DNA from: Mobula hypostoma
Lineage: Eukaryota
Direction: 5' to 3'
Assembly (NCBI RefSeq): GCF_963921235.1
Contig: NW_026948178.1
Span: 372,001 to 436,000, forward strand
DNA: 64,000 bases
This document shows, piece after piece, positions 24,735 to 35,047 of this stretch. The notes beneath the pieces were generated by a model that saw only the letters and a program-made list of their open reading frames with translations, did not search any database and was not told the DNA's origin. The translations under genes and the position numbers were made by a program. How positions within the stretch are numbered: position 1 is the first letter of the stretch; every line of letters begins with the position of its first letter.

Positions 24735-25110
24735 GAGGTATATAAAATTATGATGGGTAGAGATAGAGTGAATGCAAGCAGGCTTTCTCCTCTGAGGCAA
24801 GGGGAGAAAATAAAACAGAGGACATGGGTTAAGGGTGAGGGGGGAAAAGTTTAAAGGAACATTAGGAGGGCTTCTTCACACAGAGAGTGGTGGGAGTAAG
24901 GAATGAGCTGCCGGGCGATGTGGTAAATGCGGGTTTTTTTTTTAACATTTAAGAATAAATTGGACAGATACATGGATGGGAGGTGTATGGAGGGATATGG
25001 TCCGTGTGCAGGTCAGTGGGACTAGGCAGAAAATGGTTCGGCACAGCCAAGAAGGGCCAAAAGGCCTGTTTCTGTGCTGTAGTTTTTCTATGGTTTCCAT
25101 GGTTTCAATG
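24735..25110 (+). mobile_element. CR1 3' end (same family as 311-3195)
   Basis: Matches 2830-3195. Confidence 0.85.
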
Positions 25111-25649
25111 GAAGGAGCCAAGAAGCTGGAACAAGAATGCGAGAGGAGGGCCAGTCGGTCAAACTGAAAGGTCAGTGATGGGGACTTCAGTGCTGACCGG
25201 ATTGTTGATCAAACCCATCTGCCGAGCAGTGACTGAATCCAGTCCGACCCCCGTGAAGCAGCAGGGTCACCAACAATGTGGCCACTTGGCAATGGCAGTG
25301 ATTCCGGGAGGCAGACTGGGAATGGGGTGAAGCTTCATTCAGCATGACAATGTTTTGAAAAGTAAACGGTGTCATCTCTCTTTCATCCTTCAAGAAGGCA
25401 ATGGGTCGCGGTGAAGACTACCGTCTCTCGGCAGAGTCCAGACATTGACTTGGGGGCAAAAGTGGTTTTAATCGCCTCGTTCCTTACATTTCTCAGACTC
25501 TGTGAATTCTGGGAGGTGACATGCTGTGGTTGAATGATTAATCGCATCATTTGCTGGATCTTTCACTCTTTAGGCTCCTTGTGCAACAGATACGAATCTA
25601 GCTCTCCCTCCCCCCCTCCAGCACCGCCGATCTTGTAGAGCCTGAAAAA

Positions 25650-26290
25650 TCCTACAGCACAATACAGGCCCGTCTGCGCACAAAGCTGTGCCGATCATGT
25701 GCTTATTCTAGAAACAAACTCGGATGTCCCACTTTCCTAATCTCCATGGGTACCTGTCCAGGGGTCTCTACCTTATCTGCCTCGACCTACAGTCCATTCC
25801 ACGCACTCACCACGCTCATCGTAAACATAATTTACCCCGGACATCTGCTCTGTACCAACTTCCAATCACCTTAAAACTCTGCCCTCTCGTGTTAGCCATT
25901 TCATCCCTGGGAAAAGTCCTCCGACTATCCACACGATCAATGCCTCTCACCATCTTGTACACCCCTATCAGGTCACCCCTCATCCTCTGTCACTCCGAGG
26001 AGTAAAGTCCGAGTTCACTCAACCTATTCTCATAAGGCATGCTCTCCAATCCAGGCAACGTCCTCGTAAATCTCCTCTGCACCCTTTCAATAGTTTCCAC
26101 ATCTCTCCTGTAGTGAGGCGACCATAACTGAGCACAGTACTCCAAGTGGGGTCTGACCGGGATCCTATATAGCTGCAACACTACCTGTCCGCTCTCAAAC
26201 TCAATCCCACGGTTGATGAGGGCCAACACATCATATGCCTTCTTAACCACAGAGTCAACCTGAGCAGCAGCTTGGAGAGACCTCTGGTGC
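25650..26290 (-). mobile_element. CR1 3' end
   Basis: Minus ORF VRPHLEYCAQLWSPHY...ERVQRRFT. Confidence 0.85.
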
Positions 26291-27499
26291 TGGATGTATT
26301 AACCTTGTTCTCCCTCCCCCCACCACCGCCGATCTTCATCTTCTTCCTCAGTCCTGATTACCACTGCTTCTTTCTTTCTTCCATTGTGTGTGAACCCGAC
26401 ATGATGGAGGAGCAGAGCCTACTTTGTAACGATAAGCCACAGGATCTGAACGAACGATATTAAATAGTAATTAACTGAGGACGACTTGGCGACGGTCTGT
26501 AAATAGGAAGAGGATGAAATGGCCGCTTGACCCACCAGTCAGCGAATCAGCTGCAGATCTCATCTTCTGTCTCATTTTGCCTGACCCTCAATCACCTAAC
26601 ATTCAATCATTTATCACCTCCCTACCTTCGAATTGCTGCAATTGGGGGAGGTGCGGGGGCATGAAGGCAGCAGGCAGGCAGTGAGCAATTCATGAACAGC
26701 TGCTTCCCTTCCCTTCGATTTCAAGTCGAAGATCCTCTGTCAGAACTGCTGGACACATGACCCTCCCTCTCCGGTGAAAGCTCATCTAACATATTATTGC
26801 CGCTTTATTGATTCCCCACCTTCCCATTCTGCTTTGCAATGTCGACTTTTGTATCTCCCTTCACAGATGCTGCCCGACCTGCTGAGTGTTTCCAGCAGTT
26901 TATGTTTCTCCCCATTAACGTTATGTTAGCTATACCCCCGGTAACTGGCTCGAAGATCTGTTCGTTCAGTACTTCCAGAGGCTGTATTTTATTCACAATT
27001 TGTTTCTTTCCTTAACTTAGTAAAGTCAGGCTTTCACTGCTCGCCATTCTGTCTTCTGAGAAACACATCTACTTCTCAAAACATCAGGAATTTCGCTCGA
27101 CAATACGTCGTGACGTCAACTGGAGCGGCTACTGTGAAGAACGGCTTTGAGTGATCCTGCTCACAAGCATGAACAGTTTGTCCCTCGGGTACTGAAGCAG
27201 ATAAACCGACATGGCACTCCGTAATTTTAACCGAATACTTCTACCTGCACTTTAATTCTCTATACTCTGGGAAACATGAAATACTATTCGCCGTAGACTT
27301 AAATGTAGATATCAAATTTCCGGCAAACTGACTTCTAAATAAATCACTCCAGACCCTCCATGGTATCTGCAACTCGGCTCCATATTTTTAACCTCTGGTA
27401 ACAGAAGTCGACAGAGGACCACAGCGTGAAAATTACAAAATTGCAAAAAAAAACTTGGACGTTTACGTTTAAGTCGTCGCTATCAACAGGAACATTTAT

Positions 27500-27727
27500 T
27501 TAGGCGCAAGCTGATGGTTACAGAAAGGCTGCTGTGTTGACAAGTATAATTCCGACTGTCAACGTTGATAAATCACTCGACGGTGATGCCCCGTCCTGTC
27601 CACTGATCAATTGCTCCATTGCGCCATCTATAGTCAGTATCGGGGACTGAACAAGTTAATTTCTGGCATGTGACAGTGTCTACGACAACCGGCCACTGCG
27701 GTTGAATCCTGATGTTGTTTGATCCAT
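27500..27727 (-). pseudogene. Inverted B-type IgC pseudo-exon
   Basis: Minus strand: ttccag|xGSNNIRIQPQWPVVVDTVTCQKLTCSVPDTDYRWRNG...VE*FINVDSRNYTCQ; similar to exon 46108; in-frame stop; 3' boundary approximate. Confidence 0.7.
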
Positions 27728-27813
27728 CTGGAACAGAAATACAGATTGTGCACTGTTTCTGTGATCGGAAATAGTGAATGGAAACTTATATAATGAGCGA
27801 CCTGCGTACCTAC

Positions 27814-28079
27814 GATTAACTTGCTGGTAGATCTCTGCACTGTCGCTGCTGTAATCAATACTGACAGTACGTGTATAATTTTTTTCTGAGTCATTTCTGT
27901 TAAGACGGATTATGTTCAGATTAGTTTTTTTCTGAAAGCAGAGATATTGGTTGGGTTAGATGTCTTCTAACCATGTTTTATCTGAATTGGGACCTTAGCA
28001 TCACAGGTGAATACAACTTTACCGTTGTTTTCCTGAGGACTGCAATAGTTGATGTTCACATTGAGATGAGACACGGGCT
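27814..28079 (-). pseudogene. Inverted A-type IgC pseudo-exon
   Basis: Minus strand: tttgcag|EPVSHLNVNINYCSPQENNGKVVFTCDAK..., then after frameshifts LNIIRLNRNDS...SSDSAEIYQQVN|gtaggt; similar to exon 45682. Confidence 0.7.
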
Positions 28080-28871
28080 CTGCAAATAGAACTGAAAGAG
28101 GAATGGAATTATTCCTTTCTACTGCAACTCAGTCATATCAGCTGGGACTCTCACACCAAGTTACAATCGTGGCCGACGTATTAACTTGAATAGCAAACAA
28201 ATTGGAGTTTATGAAAAGGAGTTCCCGGCTATAATTCTATGGAAGCATGGAGAAGATGCGTTTTATTTTGTCGGCCTCTTTTTTTTCTCTCTGCCTGCTT
28301 AATTGAATTTGATTTAGGATTGGTTTGTTCAGTATGTCCAGTGGCTGAAATTCATTCATAAATGGATCGATTCCTTCACTTCGTGTAGTCACGTCCGCAC
28401 TGCTCGGAGGTCTGTACTCTGAGAAACAGATCAAAACTCAGAGCTTCACTGCACAGTCGGTGGTGATTCCAAATGAAGCTGCCGGTGTGAAAGAGAAGCG
28501 CGGGGCAATCCTACTTACAAGCACGGGGAAGGAATGTCCCCGTGTGACACAGTCAGATAAACCGGCGTGGTTCTCCATTATTTTAAATGAAGAGTTGAAA
28601 TGCTTTGGGAAGCATGAGAGCTTATCCGCTGTAGACTTAAATGAAGATCACCGGAAATTTGACATAAACATGTCCGGGATCTTGACTTAAACCCTTTGAG
28701 GAGCTCCAGTATATCTGTTACCCTGTTCCACCTCCCCTGTCCCTGATAAACAGTTTTTTTTTCTTACGACTAAGGTATACAGAAAAGAAAAACGCGAAAA
28801 CTGCAATATAAAGTTGCTGAGAAGTTGAAGCGTTGGTTGGAAGCGGAATATCGACAGAAACTTCCATTTGC

Positions 28872-29129
28872 CCTGTTCAGTGATCTTTGCAGAAAGGCCG
28901 TTGTTTTCCATGGTTATTCTGTTCTCAACCTGGCAAGTATAATTTCTACATTCAACGTTGAGTACTGACTCGTTGACGTAGCCCTGTCCTGTCTGCACAT
29001 AGTTTGTCCCATTGCGCCATCTATCGTCAGCATTGGGAACTCACTGGGCAGAACCAATTAATTTCAGGGTTGTAACGATATCTGCCACAGGGAGACTCTG
29101 AAGCTGAATCGTGAAGTTGTCTGGCCCAT
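28872..29129 (-). pseudogene. Second inverted B-type IgC pseudo-exon
   Basis: xGPDNFTIQLQSLPVADIVTTLKLIGSAQ*VPNADDRWRNG...RNYTCQVENRIT; acceptor AG lost, in-frame stop. Confidence 0.7.
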
Positions 29130-29429
29130 TTTCAACAGAAATCGAGATCGTATGCTGAATCTGTATTGAGTAATACCGAACGTACACCTTCAACTGTCGT
29201 ATGGAAGCCAGACCAGCTCTCTCTGTCAATAACACAGTCGTTATTTGCCAATTAAAATGATCTGCAAAATACAGACCCGATCTGTCCTTCCGCACGCTGT
29301 GGTGTGGATTGGTGAGTTAATCGTCTCGTTTTTTCTTCAAGCGAACGTAGCTACAAAATAAACAAACCAACTTACAGACAAAGCACATAAATGAGGAAAT
29401 AGATGACAAAATTGAATGAAGGAATATTG

Positions 29430-29790
29430 AACTCAACCCAGGAAATAATAGACCAGTGAGCCTTCTTTCAGTGGTGGGCAGGATATTGGAGAAGATCGCG
29501 TGAGGGAGGATTTATGGTCATTCGGAGCAGAACAATCTGATCAGGGATAGTCAGCGTGGCTTTGTCAAAGGCAGGTTGTGCCTTAGGTGCCTGACTGAAT
29601 TATTAAAGGGTGCAAGAAACCAGACTGGTGAAGGAGGAACACTGGATGTAGTGTATATGGATTTCAGCAAGGTATATGCTAAGGTACCCATGCAAGGCTC
29701 ATTCAGAGAGTGAGGAGGCATGGGGGCCAAGGGGCCTTCCCTTGAGAATCCTGAATTAGTTTGTCCACAGAAGGCAAAGTTTCGTGTTGT
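29430..29790 (+). mobile_element. CR1 RT fragment
   Basis: Degenerate NPGNxRPVSL / SQxGFVKGR / VYMDFSK region. Confidence 0.7.
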
Positions 29791-30177
29791 TAAACTCGAT
29801 CGTTGGCTGACTTTGCTAAGTGTCTCGCAAGCGTAAGCGCCGATGTCACACAAGGCTGAGTTACCGAGGATTCAGCCTGGACAATGTGTTGAGCCATTAA
29901 AACAGTACCTACTTCCAGCACCGGGTTTCGAAGCAGCAAGCAAGAAAACAAAAATCGCCTTGGACTCCGTCTCACAAGAAGGAATTCTGGCTTGATGAAT
30001 ATGGTTCGATTTTCCAATCCATCACAGCCCGCTTGCAGGATTTCATCCGGCACTCTATACTAGATCTCCTTCCCGTCGCCAAGAAACTGCGCATGACTGA
30101 ACACAGAGCAGCCACAGCAAAACCAAATGCTACCTGCTCCCAACGAATGGGTTTGGAAACAGGATGTGACGAGTTAT

Positions 30178-30603
30178 AAGCAACACACATCAAAGTTGCT
30201 GGTGAACGCACCAGGCTAGGCAGCATCTACAGGAAGAGGTACAGTCGACGTTTCGGGCCGAGACCCTTCGTCGGAACTAACTGAAGGAAGAGTGAGTAAG
30301 GAATTTGAAAGTGGGAAGGGGAGGGGGAGATCCGAAATGATAAGAGAAGACATGAGGGGGAGGGATGAAGCCAAGAGCTGGACAGTTGATTGGCAAAAGG
30401 GATATGAGAGGATCATGGGACAGGAGTGGTGGGGAACTCAAGAGGATGGGCAAGGGGAACAGTGAGAGGGGCAGAGGGAGAAAAAGGAGAGAGAGAGAAA
30501 AAAATAATGTGTCTATATGACGGATAACGGATGGTGTACGAGGGGGAGGTGGGGCATTAGCGGAAGTTCGAGAAGTCAATGTTCATGCCATCAGGTTGGA
30601 GGC
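30178..30603 (-). mobile_element. Penelope 3' end and terminal repeat
   Basis: Minus strand SLQPDGMNIDFSNFR*; reverse complement of about 41535-41985. Confidence 0.85.
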
Positions 30604-31061
30604 TATGGTTGTTATGAGATGAGACTACCTCCCGGTTGGTAGTCGTGAGAAGACAGCATGTACCGAATGGTCGTCGGTTATGGTGAGGCTGGGATGCAAT
30701 TGTGTGTCCAACATTCTGCAATCGTTGTCGATCCTGTGCATTGGAGCCTACACAACAGAATGCTCCCCACCTTGCATGTACGTACACTTCCCACTCTTTG
30801 GTGACACTGTTACGAATTGTAACGTTTTAGGAACGAGCCAGCAGCAAGAGATTTCACTCTGAGTCAGGTTTTCATGCTAAAACCACTATCTTTATTATTA
30901 TCTACTCATAATATGGTAACTTAACGAGATAAACAAAAGTTAACAGTGTTATGTGTATATATGTGTAACTATCAAGCTTAGGAATAGTTATTGAAGTCTT
31001 AAGATGGAACATTAGTAAGGTTTAGTAATCCACGGAACAAATGATGGAGAGAGATTTTTCG

Positions 31062-32068
31062 TTATTCAGATTGGAGGTTTGTGACTCGTGGTGTCCCGCA
31101 AGGATTGGTTCCTGGACCTCTACTTTTCGTGATTTTTATTAACGACCTGGTTGTGGGGGTAGAAGGGTGGGTTGGCAAGTTTGCAGACGACACAAAGGTT
31201 GGTGGTGTTGTAGACAGTGTAGAGGATTGTCGAAGATTGCAGAGAGACATTGACAGGATGCAGAAGTGGGGTGAGAAGTGACAGATGGAGATCAACCCGG
31301 AGAAGTGTGAGGTGGTACACTTTGGAAGGACAAACTCCAAGGCAGAGTACAAAGTAAATGGCAGGATACTTGGTAGTATGGAGGAGTAGAGGGATCGAGG
31401 GGTACATGTCCACAGATCCCTGAAAGTTGCCTCACAGGTAGATAGGGTAGTTAAGAAAGCTTATGGGGTGTTAGCTTTCATAAATTGAGGGATACAGTTT
31501 AAGAGTCGTGGGGTAATGATACAGCTCTATAAAACTCTGGTTAGGCCACACTTGGAGTATTGTGTCCAGTTCTGGTCACCTCACTATAGGAAGGGTGTGG
31601 AAGCATTGGAAAGGGTACAGAGGAGATTTACCAGGATGCTGCCTGGTATAGAGAGTATGCATTATGATCAGAGGTTAAGGGAGCTAGGACTTTACTCTTT
31701 GGAGAGAAGAAGGATGAGAGGAGACATGATAGAAGTGTACAAGATAATAAGAGGAATAGATAGAGTGGATAGCCAGCGCCTCTTCCCCAGGGCACCACTG
31801 CTCAATACAAGAGGATATGGCTTTAAGGTAAAGGGTGGGAAGTTCAAGGGGGATATTAGAGGAAGGTTTTTTACTCAGAGAGTGGTTGGTGCGTGGAATG
31901 CACTGCCTGAGTCAGTGGTGGAGGCAGATACACTAGCGAAGTTTAAGAGACCACGAGACAGGTATATGGAGGAATTTAAGGTGGGGGGGGTTATACGGGA
32001 GGCAGGGTTTCAGGGTCAGTACAACATTGTTTGTTGAAGGGCCGGTACTGTGCTGTACTATTCTATGT
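31062..32068 (+). mobile_element. 5'-truncated CR1 nested in the LTR
   Basis: GVPQG, KFADD, LVRPHLEYC motifs, 3' tail. Confidence 0.9.
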
Positions 32069-32454
32069 AATCCGCGCTGTGATGTAGTGAAAAGGTAAGT
32101 ATGAAGTTTTCCAGAGGTTCCACGTCAGGTAAACAAAGTCATTGTCGCGGAAGATCTTGTCCGGAGAATCCGTCCACATCCAAATTCTCACCAAAAGTGC
32201 CTTGTCACAGGAATATCATCTTCGAGTAGTTACCAGACAACATACCCAGGCAAGGGTTAACACAAGTGGTCCCACAGGATATCTCCAATTCTGTGGATTA
32301 TACGAAATGACAGTCACGCGTTCGTTGTTCTCAGTATTGTCGATTAACCCAAACTTTTGGGTAATGGGAAAACTCTGGGCTTCACACACATTCTGGAGCA
32401 AACTTGCCCTGGTAGCTCGTAGTTCCAAGTCTTGCGAAGATTGCGATACTAACT

Positions 32455-32455
32455 T

Positions 32456-32510
<55 letters not shown>
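32455..32510. repeat. (CT)n microsatellite
   Basis: Directly visible. Confidence 0.95.
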
Positions 32511-32514
<4 letters not shown>

Positions 32515-32621
32515 CAGTCCACAGCAGACTGCCACAGCCTCTGACTGACGTCATACACCCGCCTCTCAGGCGCTCTTAAAGTAACACTCAAAAGGACAAC
32601 CGCAGGGTCGCAACAACACAC

Positions 32622-33210
32622 TGTTACGTACCCCGCAACTGGGTTGCCAAACCAGCAGAAATGGACCACTTAGTTGGAGTCTGGATTACTGGAACGAAGA
32701 AAGTTTTATTAAAGAAATAAGTAACACAGTTCTCTAATAGCAACGATATAAATGCAACAGGTTAGCAATGATAAAACACACATGTACACAGAACTAGGAT
32801 AATAGGATCAATCAAGCTCTAACGCAGTCTGGGGGTAAAATGATCAGTCTCAAGTGACACAGAGTTCAGTTCAGTTTCAGTTCGCAGTGATCGCCGTCGT
32901 GCCGTTGGGGAGAGAGAGAGAGAGCGAATGCTGATATTCAAATCGGAGTCCACAGACCGACCTTTGGTCTTCGCAGTTAGCTATCGGTGCGAGTCCTTTT
33001 TAATGTCTTCTCAGGTCACCGACTGTGACCCCCTCCGTTCCGGATACAACCGTGCTTCTGCGGTGAACCCGGCATCCAGGCAAGGGTGGACACACACACC
33101 AGGTTCCCGCCGACCGTACCTTCTCACCCTGTGCGTCTATGGCTGGTCCCGAGACCAGACCACCAAAACTTTCACCAACTTGTGGGGGCACACCGCTTTA
33201 TCCAGGGCCT
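32622..33210 (-). mobile_element. Second, truncated LTR-like element
   Basis: Starts TGTTACG after ACAC; shares the ccagcag...gagtc.gg...tttatta motif with the 30808 element; right end unclear. Confidence 0.55.
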
Positions 33211-33725
33211 TTATTATGCTGTTGGTCTTCTCTGTTTCTGTGTATTTATCACCTAATGGAATACAGCCGCTGACTTGCCTTTCTTTGTGAATGTATAACC
33301 ATGTGAGGCCAAGCAGAGATTCTCTCAGAAGGAGCTTAAAGCTGCTCACCCTTCCCACCGCCGATCCTTCAATGAGGACTGGTGTGTGTTCTCTCGACCT
33401 GTCCTCCGCGGAGTTCACAATCACATCTTGCTGTCTTTGTGTACAAGATTATTGCGGCGGCAACTCTCAACTCGTCTACCTATCCCGGAGGGAAGTAATT
33501 TTGAGGAAAATCCCACGTGATCTGGTGGAGGAAGACACCAGAGTATCGCGGGCCGAACGGCCTTCTGCTTCTTCAGTGTTATTGGTTGGTTCACTCTCCG
33601 CTCTCTCGCTCTGCGCTCCGATCAGCTCCGGCTTTTCAGGTAACGGGCTCCCGGGATCCGTCATGGAGACCAGGAAATGAGACTCACTCTCCGAATGTAA
33701 CAGAGACAGGCGCCGCTCTCTCGGG

Positions 33726-33777
33726 ATCGCGTGGACGACGCTCACTTTACTCTCTCTTTTACTCTTCATGTCTGTGG
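33726..33777 (+). pseudogene. Dead leader exon (ATG replaced by ATC) with degenerate promoter
   Basis: ATC GCG TGG ... GTG G|gtgata = IAWTTLTLLSLLLFMSV(G); same 52-nt length and the same upstream ...tgtaacagagacaggcgc.gctctctcggg context as the intact leaders. Confidence 0.65.
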
Positions 33778-33879
33778 GTGATAGAAACTCACTTTGAGAT
33801 CATTGTCGGATTCAACACAGCAGCAGATATTTGTAGAACAACACACAAGGTTTGATTCAGATCTGAGCAGAGTCCAGAT

Positions 33880-33997
33880 TCTCTGATCCAATCAGCGCTG
33901 CCGCCTGTGACGTCAGCATCCAATTATCTGACGCGCAAACCCGGAAGTGCGGCTCAGTCTCCGAGTGTAACAGAGATCGGCGCTGCTCTCTGTCGGG
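33880..33997 (+). promoter_or_regulatory. Promoter of upstream leader-N cassette (CCAAT, CRE, ETS)
   Basis: Near-identical copy of 3240-3356. Confidence 0.65.
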
Positions 33998-34049
33998 ATG
34001 TCGGGACTGCCCTTCGCAGCGCTCCTTCTGTGTCTCTGCATAACAGCCG
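33998..34049 (+). CDS. Leader exon of upstream cassette MSGLPFAALLLCLCITA(G)
   Basis: ATG 33998; donor G|gtaagg. Confidence 0.8.
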
Positions 34050-34251
34050 GTAAGGATCACTCTCTCTAACCAGTAGTGATCGTATAATCAACTGAACGAC
34101 GGGTAGTTAGGTGAATGAAGGTGACTTTATAATTATCGACCGTACTGAGCTAAGAACGGATCCCTGGTATCTGTACAGACTGAGTTAAGTGCAGTTTCTC
34201 ACGACTATCTGCGTCGGTCGCTTTTTCCTCATATGATTTTCTCGTTCTTAG

Positions 34252-34569
34252 GTCAGTCCCAGCAGTTTACTATTACCGTTGAGCACAGCCAGATAAATGT
34301 CCCCGTTGGGGGTGATGCGCTTTTTTCAGTGCGGCCGTCGTCCAAGGTCAGAAGTGGAGACTGGTCTGTTAATGGGATTTTAGCCGTCTGGTGGATCGAT
34401 CAGACCGTGTCTGTTGACAATGTTTACAAACCGCGGGCAGAGTTATTCACCTCCAATGGGTCGCTTCTGCTGAAATCGGTGAACGTGCGGGACAGCGGGG
34501 AATACCGTGTGAATATGGTTCCAGTCAGTGGCTCCCAAACCTCAGCGACCATCACTCTGCGTGTTATTG
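34252..34569 (+). CDS. IgV N-domain exon N2 (upstream cassette of gene B)
   Basis: Intact 318-nt exon, ttag/gtaagt; no constant exons of its own before the next cassette. Confidence 0.85.
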
Positions 34570-35047
34570 GTAAGTGAGACAGAGTTATACACAGTCATGC
34601 GATCTCGGACTGTAAATTTCATTTTATTCCTGTGGTGAAAGAATACAATATAACCATTACGGTATCGCAGAACCTGGACTCCAGTGAACTCTGCCAGACC
34701 TACTTTCGGACTGTTCAGTTCTCACTGTTGTGCGTGGCTGTTTATCGCCGTTTCTGTTCACTTGCCTGTGCCGTATGTCAGTTCGGTCTTTAACTCTATC
34801 AAGTAACTTTTTTTTGCTGTATTATACTATATTTTTGAAAACGGACTGTTTTTCAAGCAGCTGGAAATAATCAGTCGTAATCATCCACCTGAAAGTTTAA
34901 ATATGTTCCCCTCCCCAGTGCCGCCCACAAGTGAATGACAGTATATTGACAGCATTCTGTAGTTTTATCTCTGATCTGTGCATCTGTAGTATTTTGCTTC
35001 TTCCTGTAGTATACCTGTAGTATTTTTGCTTCTTTTTGCTTCAAAAG

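Larger units (their letters stand above)
30808..32615 (-). mobile_element. Solo LTR (TGTTACGA...TCGCAACA, TSD ACAC) interrupted by a CR1
   Basis: ACAC at 30804-30807 and 32616-32619; imperfect terminal inverted 8-mer; strand guessed from AATAAA on the minus strand. Confidence 0.7.

Noticed and set aside
32142-32579. ORFs with LSLSLS / ERERER runs
   Set aside because: Translation of a (CT)n microsatellite inside an LTR.
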